A DNA stretch of 64,000 bases from NCBI GenBank assembly GCA_002269645.1, contig NIVC01000405.1, forward strand, positions 304,956 to 368,955, given 5' to 3'. Both the position numbers and the translations under genes were made by a program. Shown piece after piece: positions 57,754-64,000 of the stretch (position 1 is its first letter; each line of letters opens with the position of its first letter). The DNA is from Macrostomum lignano. Its lineage: Eukaryota. The notes under the pieces were generated by a model. The model saw nothing but the letters and a program-made list of their open reading frames with translations. It made no database searches and had not been told where the DNA came from.

Positions 57754-60731
57754 CTTGCCCTCGCCCTCGCCCTGGGTTGCTGTCTGCCGCTAGTCAGCTT
57801 CCCGCTTCCCTCCTCTTGGCTGTCTGTTGCTGCCCCCTCCCTTTCTTCTGCCCGTGTTGCCCTGCGTTTCTCAGCCCGCAACTTCTCTGTTGCGGGCTGT
57901 CCTTGTTTCGTCAGTCTCTGTCTCCCTGTCTTGTGAGCTGGTCACATGACAGTTTCTGCGTTCTCTGAGTCTTAAAGTGCAGTAAACATGTTTACTGCAC
58001 TTGCTGGCCCTGTTTACCGGATGAGTCACATGCTTTCGGTACCCTCCCTTCTCTAAGGAGAGGAGTGACTCATGTTGCTAAAAATAGCAACTGAGTCACA
58101 GCCATGTGCACTCTGCCGGGGACCCTCAAGTGACGTCAGTTCTAAAAATAGAACAAGTCACGAGGTCTTCCGCGCGCTTGTACCCTGCCCGAGACTCTCG
58201 AGTGACGTCAGTTCTAAAAATAGAACAAGTCACGAGGTCTTGTGCGCGGGTGTTTTCCGGCTATAAATAGGACCCCTCTCCCCCTTGTTTCCGTCAAGGA
58301 GTTTCTGCTTAGTGTCAGTTCTTGATTCCCGAGTTCTAAGACCTGTGTGCGTTGGCGTCTGACTGAGCGCCCGACTGCGTTTATTGAATCTGTTCTTATT
58401 GGTCCGACTGAGACCCTACTAAAGCACACCCCAAGCCTGCGAGAGGCTAACTCAGCCCTCCCTGTACCATCCAAGCCCGGCAGGTGCTGCTGACGAGACG
58501 CCTTGTACGTTGAACTGCATATCTGCACCTGGTGCTGAGTTCGTTGACTTCATTATTTCGTTCCGACGGGAAGCTCACCTCACCGAAGGCTGAGACCTGA
58601 AGGAACTGGTGGCAGCACTACCTACGCTACTGAGAGAGCTAAGAGAACTTCCCACTGAAGAGGCTCGAGACTTAAGGTAATCCGCAAGGGCCTAATCCGG
58701 GAAGCAACCAGCGAGTACTTCAATAATATCAATTTATTTTCACTTACATATATTAGTCATATTTCTCCTTTATGAGGGGTTTCGACCTTTCAGGCCCCTT
58801 GTGAGGAAGCCTTCGGGCCTCAGGTCTCAGAAATGAATCAATTAGAGTCCTGGCCCCCCACTCCTGTCAGATGGTCAGCCCCATGGTAGCTTGATCGTGT
58901 GGCGAGCAGTCTAGGTCCTATAGCTAAGAGAGGGACAGCGAGAGACAAGCAGGGAGAATTTTGAAGGTAGAAATTAGCTAATCCGCAGACTAAGCTAACT
59001 CGCTGCCACCAGCCCGTGCGCCCTGGCTCACCACACCGGGACTCTCGAAATCGGGCTTCCGACTAGAAGGGGCTTTGCACTACCTGCCAACTAGTGTCTT
59101 TTTGCTGTCAATCTCGAAGTCATAGCCGATGATAAGGGACACGGCTGGGACTAGATCGCATTGGCCATGCAGGTACAGAGGGGATTTGTGCAGGGGATTC
59201 TTGCAGTGGCGAGTCTATGGGGTAGCTACATGTACTATTACATTGCTAAATACGAAGATATGTACTTTTGACCTTCAACGCGCCAACTAGCCTCTCAAAG
59301 CGCTGATGATAGACTAACTCGAACTTCAGAGACCGCATGATTCATTACCCGAGCCGCTTGGCTGACCTAGAGTGCACAAAGTACATCTCTGGCGCCGATT
59401 CTGCACTTCTGGCAGTTTTGCTCACTGATTTGATTGATTGATCGACTGAGAACTGCCTTGCCATTGGTCCACTGTGACCGGCGCCTACTAGCTTAGCTAC
59501 TCATCTGAGCCATCGGCGAACAAAGAAATAAAACCGATAAAAATAACTGTTAGATTTAACCTTCTCCATAGATCACTTCACACCTCAGATTGAATTGGAG
59601 TTTCAGACTACTAGCAGTATTATTAAGTGATTTCTGCCTCAATAACAGCACTACTGAACAAAATGAGCAAAAGTGTGCGCCTAATCCAGCTACTGAAACA
59701 GGGGACAGACAGGGAATCACCCAATCAAGCAAGTCTAGGTAGCCTCTCACCCAACCAATCAGAAACTCAACAACCGGAGAGACCAGGTAATCCACAGTGA
59801 CCGAATCGGCTTGATGCTCTGCAGCTGTAGACTCGAGATGATGCTGACACAATCTTCGCTGATAGCTAGCAGGTGATGATCTTCGCTTGATGTTCGCTGC
59901 TGTCGACCGGGGGATTCGTCCTTGATGATGATGGGGGGAAGTCGCAATCCGGGGATCAAGAAACGACGGTCGCGCTCCGGGAACCAGAAGTTGCTTGCTG
60001 GGCCCGAGCAAGTTGGAGTCCGAGCGGGCCAAAAACACCGGTTTAAATAGCCGCCAACTGGACCGCAGTTTGTTATAATGGAACACATCGATTCTGATTG
60101 GCTGAGCCGTTTTGTTAAAATGAGCGCCGAATTTTCTGATTGGCTAAGCTTGTTGCTACCCAGAATCACGTGACCGGGAGATCCTATCAGTTGCCACAGG
60201 GTCGTAAAAAGATGACAGGTGCGGCCATAAATCACTCAAAATCGCAACAAAATGATTTATGACTTTTCGCGTAGGATTGACAGAAATTAATGAAAAAATA
60301 TACATTAGAAAGCTCTTATTAAATAATCACTAATCCCAAAGTACTTTTAGGGGTAAAACGCATAGCTGTCAAAGCTGTCACACGCTTGAGTGAATCCGAA
60401 CAATAGGCTCTGACCTCATAAATCTTGATGGCCTTCAAAATGATGAGAAAAAAGCTACCGCCCGCATCCTCTCAGACCATCTGGCGCCCGTCTCAACACT
60501 GAGTGAGGCGCAGGTGGCTGTCAGACCAGCTTCGAAAGCGATGATTTACGACCCAAAAAGCTGCGCCTATGTTATTATGACTACTAGTATGGCCAGACAT
60601 TATATCTAGTATAGATTCTATGACTATTCGCAGAAAAAGGATAAAAATACCCCTCGCCCACTGTTAGTAGGCTAGTAAGTTCAGAGCCCATGTGCTAGCG
60701 CGGGATTTGGGAAAAAGTGCGTCCTCATCAC
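57754..60731. repeat. Right arm of a 6.3-kb inverted duplication
   Basis: Reverse complement of 54437-57461; spacer 57462-57753 is unique. Confidence 0.95.
57975..58269 (+). promoter_or_regulatory. Dense enhancer/promoter cassette (FOX palindrome, 3 AP-1, 3 MEF2, 2 CRE, TATA)
   Basis: 28-bp perfect palindrome with GTAAACA/TGTTTAC (57975-58002); TGA[G/C]TCA at 58022, 58066, 58092; CTAAAAATAG at 58078, 58142, 58214; TGACGTCA at 58131, 58203; TATAAATA at 58262. Confidence 0.55.
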
Positions 60732-60924
60732 TTTCAAATATTATATTTTATACAATTTTGTTATCACCTGATTAATATCTATATAATTTATTTTTATAAC
60801 CTATGGGCTAAACTGTTTTGCGCAATATCGCCAACTACATACATTATTTCACGCAATACTTGTTTAACTCCTTGCTTTTTCTTTCACTTCGTTAGTCGTC
60901 CAAAATTTCGTCAACAACATTTAC

Positions 60925-61092
60925 GCGTTCTTTCAAATACCATATTACTAAACTCGTACAATCGTAATTACATGTAAATAACTAATGCTAAAATATTGCC
61001 TTCTGTTCCTGAAGTAATCTTAAATACACAGAAATATATTGGCCAAACAGGCTTCTTGCCTGAGCCAAACTTACTACTACTACTACTACTAC
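60925..61092 (+). repeat. Dispersed repeat ending in (TAC)n, copy 2
   Basis: Shares its terminal ~60 bp and upstream motifs with 15310-15510. Confidence 0.75.
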
Positions 61093-61398
61093 TCAATAGC
61101 ATATCCAATAAAAATACTACTTAGCAGCTTTAGGACTGATACTATTCTTTCTTATGGTTCAGTTCCAGTCGAATCTGCTTGGTCCGAAATTTTAAGGGTT
61201 CAAAAAAAAATAAAAAGTATTTATTTGCGTTTAAGTTTAATCATTGTCCATCTCTGCTGATTTTACACGTACGGATGCACAGATAATTTATGTACGACAT
61301 AGATGTAGAATGTACCTTTGAAGCCCCCTATTTTATCAAGAATTGTTGACTTACATTGACAATTGACTTAATTAATTACATACAGGAGGTTCCGAGCA

Positions 61399-61990
61399 GG
61401 ATGCAGCGATTGGAGGCGCGCGTTGTTGCCCCCCCATAATTAATACCGCATAGTGCTGCGGTGTCGCGCAGGGAGATGCCAATCCGGTGGTGCCGGTGAC
61501 GTGCCGCGATCGTCCTAGAGAGTTCCAGTGCAGGAGGGTGCACGGATGCATGGTCGCTCGCCCTCTGTAAGCTTTGGGATCAGACGAGCTGCATGCAGCC
61601 ATAGGCAGAGAGATTCTCTAGTCTGAAATTTTTAACGTCGGAGAGGTCTGGTTTTGGGCCGAGGTAGGTGAGCCAGTCCTGAGTAAAGCCGGGCATTCAC
61701 AGACGAAGTGCTTCGCATTCTCGACACCGGAGAGGCAGAATGGGCATTCCTCGCTACACATTTTTCCCTAGAGGTGGCGATGCCGGGCAAAACAGCCATG
61801 ACCCGAGAGGCGGGCCATGGGCCGGTCACCGCTCTTGATGTCCCTATGGTTGAGACCAAGCAAGGCCCTGCGAAGGGCGGGGGGAGGGCAGGGGACAGAG
61901 GACAGGATTGCCGGCAGTCGGGGGCGTTAGCCCACCTGATCTCCGGTGCTCTGAATTCACCGGCCGTAGGGCAACCAGTAAAAAATCCGG
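61399..61990 (-). mobile_element. Decayed 3' end of a non-LTR retrotransposon (C-terminal CCHC knuckle + 3' UTR)
   Basis: A frame not in the ORF track reads LSGHGCFARHRHL*GKMCSEECPFCLSGVENAKHFVCECPA, the GHG...CxxC-x7-H-x4-C motif of I/R1/Loa-type ORF2; contains stops. Confidence 0.65.
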
Positions 61991-63294
61991 CCGAGCCAGT
62001 CTTGGCCAAGCGATCGGCCAACAAGAATGTTGTATACGCGACTTTAAGTGTTAAGAACTTAACTTACGGTTTAAAGAATGTACATGAGTAGTATTTGAAT
62101 CCTTTCTTTTGGACGCCTAGGACTTCCTTCATTTCAATACACGCACGTACATACGATTTGTACAGCTGTCACGTTGTTGATGTAGTGGCTATGGCTATCG
62201 CTAGGACCCTTAAAAGGGCCGTTTTGACGAGAGTTGCCGTAAGTCGTAGTCCCAAAATGAATCGAAGTCAATTCTTGTAAAGCGGGTTGTGTAGCGGAGC
62301 ACTTGGCGATAAAGGCAGGAAACTGCCGTAGTTGATTTATTGTTGAGATCAATATTAGGACTGGTTACTGACAATATAAAACTTATAGCGTTATGGGCAC
62401 TGGCGGCTGCAACAATGGTTTTGAAGGCAATAGAATATGAAGTCAGTGGCAGACGAAGGATACAATGGCGACGCAACGCGGTGAGTAATGGCGTTGAGCA
62501 CAGTGAAGGCGGTGAGTAGCAAGTAGACAGGCAGATGAGTAGTGGCGAGATTGGCGTTAGCCGTGGTGGCACACAGTGAAGTAACAGTGTAAACAGGCTG
62601 GCCCAAACAGAGGGGCCGTGGCGAGAGATAAGGAGGCTTGAGGCAGCCAGACAGTCTAGACAGGGGGGCCGCGAAGACAGAAGGGACGCGATGGCAAGAA
62701 GGTGAAAAACCCCCCAGCCCGCCGCCAGGCGGAGGCTAATAAAGGAGCGCAAAGGGTTAGCATAAAACACGGAGAGTTATCATTGGCTGGCGGGGGAACT
62801 TGAAATTATCGATCGTGCAAGTTTTCTACGGTCGCGCGAAAGGATAGCAAAGTACGTGGTGAATTAGCGATTGACACAGATTCGTTGCGCGCTACTACAA
62901 GTAAACGTTAGAATAAACGATTGGAAAATTTAAAATGAGAAACTGCAGAGAAACTGCAATCCAACGGCCCTTTTGAGGACACACCCCAAAATGACAACGT
63001 CACACAGCGGTTAGGGCTGGTGGAATATATATTTTGTGCTGTGTAAAAGTGTAATAATAATACTAATTAAGACTTTTAACACTGAAAATAATTAGAAAAA
63101 ACAACTAATTACACAAGAGTTTACCCTTTACAATCAGATACATTTTACGAATGTACATGTAAATAGAGAATAAAAAGAATATATATGTAGTAACTTGTTG
63201 AGTATTCAGTACGCACAGGAACGCATCATAGTATATCTACATGTAAATGTGAACGTACTTTAAAGCGCGCACTTAAAATAAATAGACATCACTT

Positions 63295-64000
63295 ACAACA
63301 ACAACAACAACAGAGTACGCTGCCAGTTCACAAAAGCAGCGTCAGATGGCGCGCTTCAAAGCTTGGGCGCGAACAAAAGCCGCACCGCCGGCAGAGTCCG
63401 GGGCGCCGGCGTCAGCCAGCAGACAGTCGACGTAGCGCCGAGTCTTCGCCTGTCCCCGCCGGTAGGGTGCCTGCAACGTAAGTAGCAGCACCTCCTGCAC
63501 CGGCTCCGGACAGTAGGCCTCGGCGCGGATGACGTGGCCTGCCAGCTGGAGTCGCCGACGGCGCAGCAGATCGCTAGGACGGGCCAGGCCGGCGCGATGA
63601 TAGAGCGCCGTGTTGGTGACTCGCTCGTTGCCGATCTTGAAGGCGGCGCGCAGCAGGCCAGCGTGCGCCGCGTCGACTTGAGCCTCGAGCGAGTCTGTCA
63701 GCGTCCAGGTCTCGGCGTTGTATAACAGGACGGTCTCGATCACCGCCTGGAACAGCGCCGCCCTCTGGCGGTCCGGTAGGGCCTCGGACTGCAGGACTGA
63801 CCTTATAGAACGAAAGGCAGCCCAAGCAAGTCCTCGGCGACGCCGCAGATCCTCGCGGACGTCGGGAACCAGACCGCCGAGGTAGACGAACTGCTGACAT
63901 CTTGGAAGCTCACTCGCCTGTCCGTCAGCGCCTCGGCAGAAGATTGCAGCCTCGGTGTCGTCCGGCACGCATAGCACGACGGTCTTCTGCGTGTTGACCA
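63295..64000 (-). mobile_element. 3' end of an RTE-clade LINE (RT C-terminus, 3' stem-loop, (TTG)n tail); continues beyond the window
   Basis: FVYLGG...GLAWAAF...LLYNAETWTLT motifs, stop at 63342-63344, 7-bp stem ACGCTGC/GCAGCGT at 63317-63342, (CAA)n at 63295-63312. Confidence 0.85.

Noticed and set aside
57739-57936. Signal-peptide-like ORF at the start of the right palindrome arm
   Set aside because: Non-ATG start, 65 aa, built from hexamer repeats and truncated in the other arm.
58640-58680. CTGAAGAG-G...CGAGAC as a Penelope-type minimal hammerhead
   Set aside because: GAGA replaces GAAA and there is no convincing stem II or III.
62210-62770. Hydrophobic ORFs with a GPCR TM7-like motif (SSATDFIFYCL) or LINE linker similarity
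   Set aside because: Similarity is too weak and spread across frames; cannot be assigned without a profile search.

Overview
Eukaryotic, intron-rich animal DNA. The minisatellite-filled introns and Ala/Ser/Gln-rich proteins tentatively suggest a flatworm such as Macrostomum (inference only). Genes reconstructed by hand from splice sites: an 8-exon MICAL-like gene (minus; CH, half-LIM, NPF motifs, bMERB), prefoldin 2 with an intronless CDS, a KMT2E/SETD5 (MLL5/UpSET) PHD+SET gene, a canonical MGST3, a divergent tandem MAPEG paralog that lacks the catalytic motif and is only partly visible in the ORF track, and an FN3 + septin/AIG1-like GTPase gene with an in-frame stop and a frameshift. Mobile DNA: a 5.2-kb TIR element with an 8-bp TSD carrying a PHD+FLYWCH cassette, a 1.9-kb element with 14-bp TIRs and 14-bp flanking repeats, a fold-back MITE with a 9-bp TSD, hAT-like MITEs carrying CT-rich tracts, two tRNA-SINE families sharing a 3' tail, and LINE relics. 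A 6.3-kb near-palindrome (two ~3-kb arms, 292-bp spacer) carries mirrored FOX/AP-1/MEF2/CRE/TATA cassettes. No rRNA, genuine tRNA gene or CRISPR array was found. All calls come from visual pattern recognition; no database search was run.
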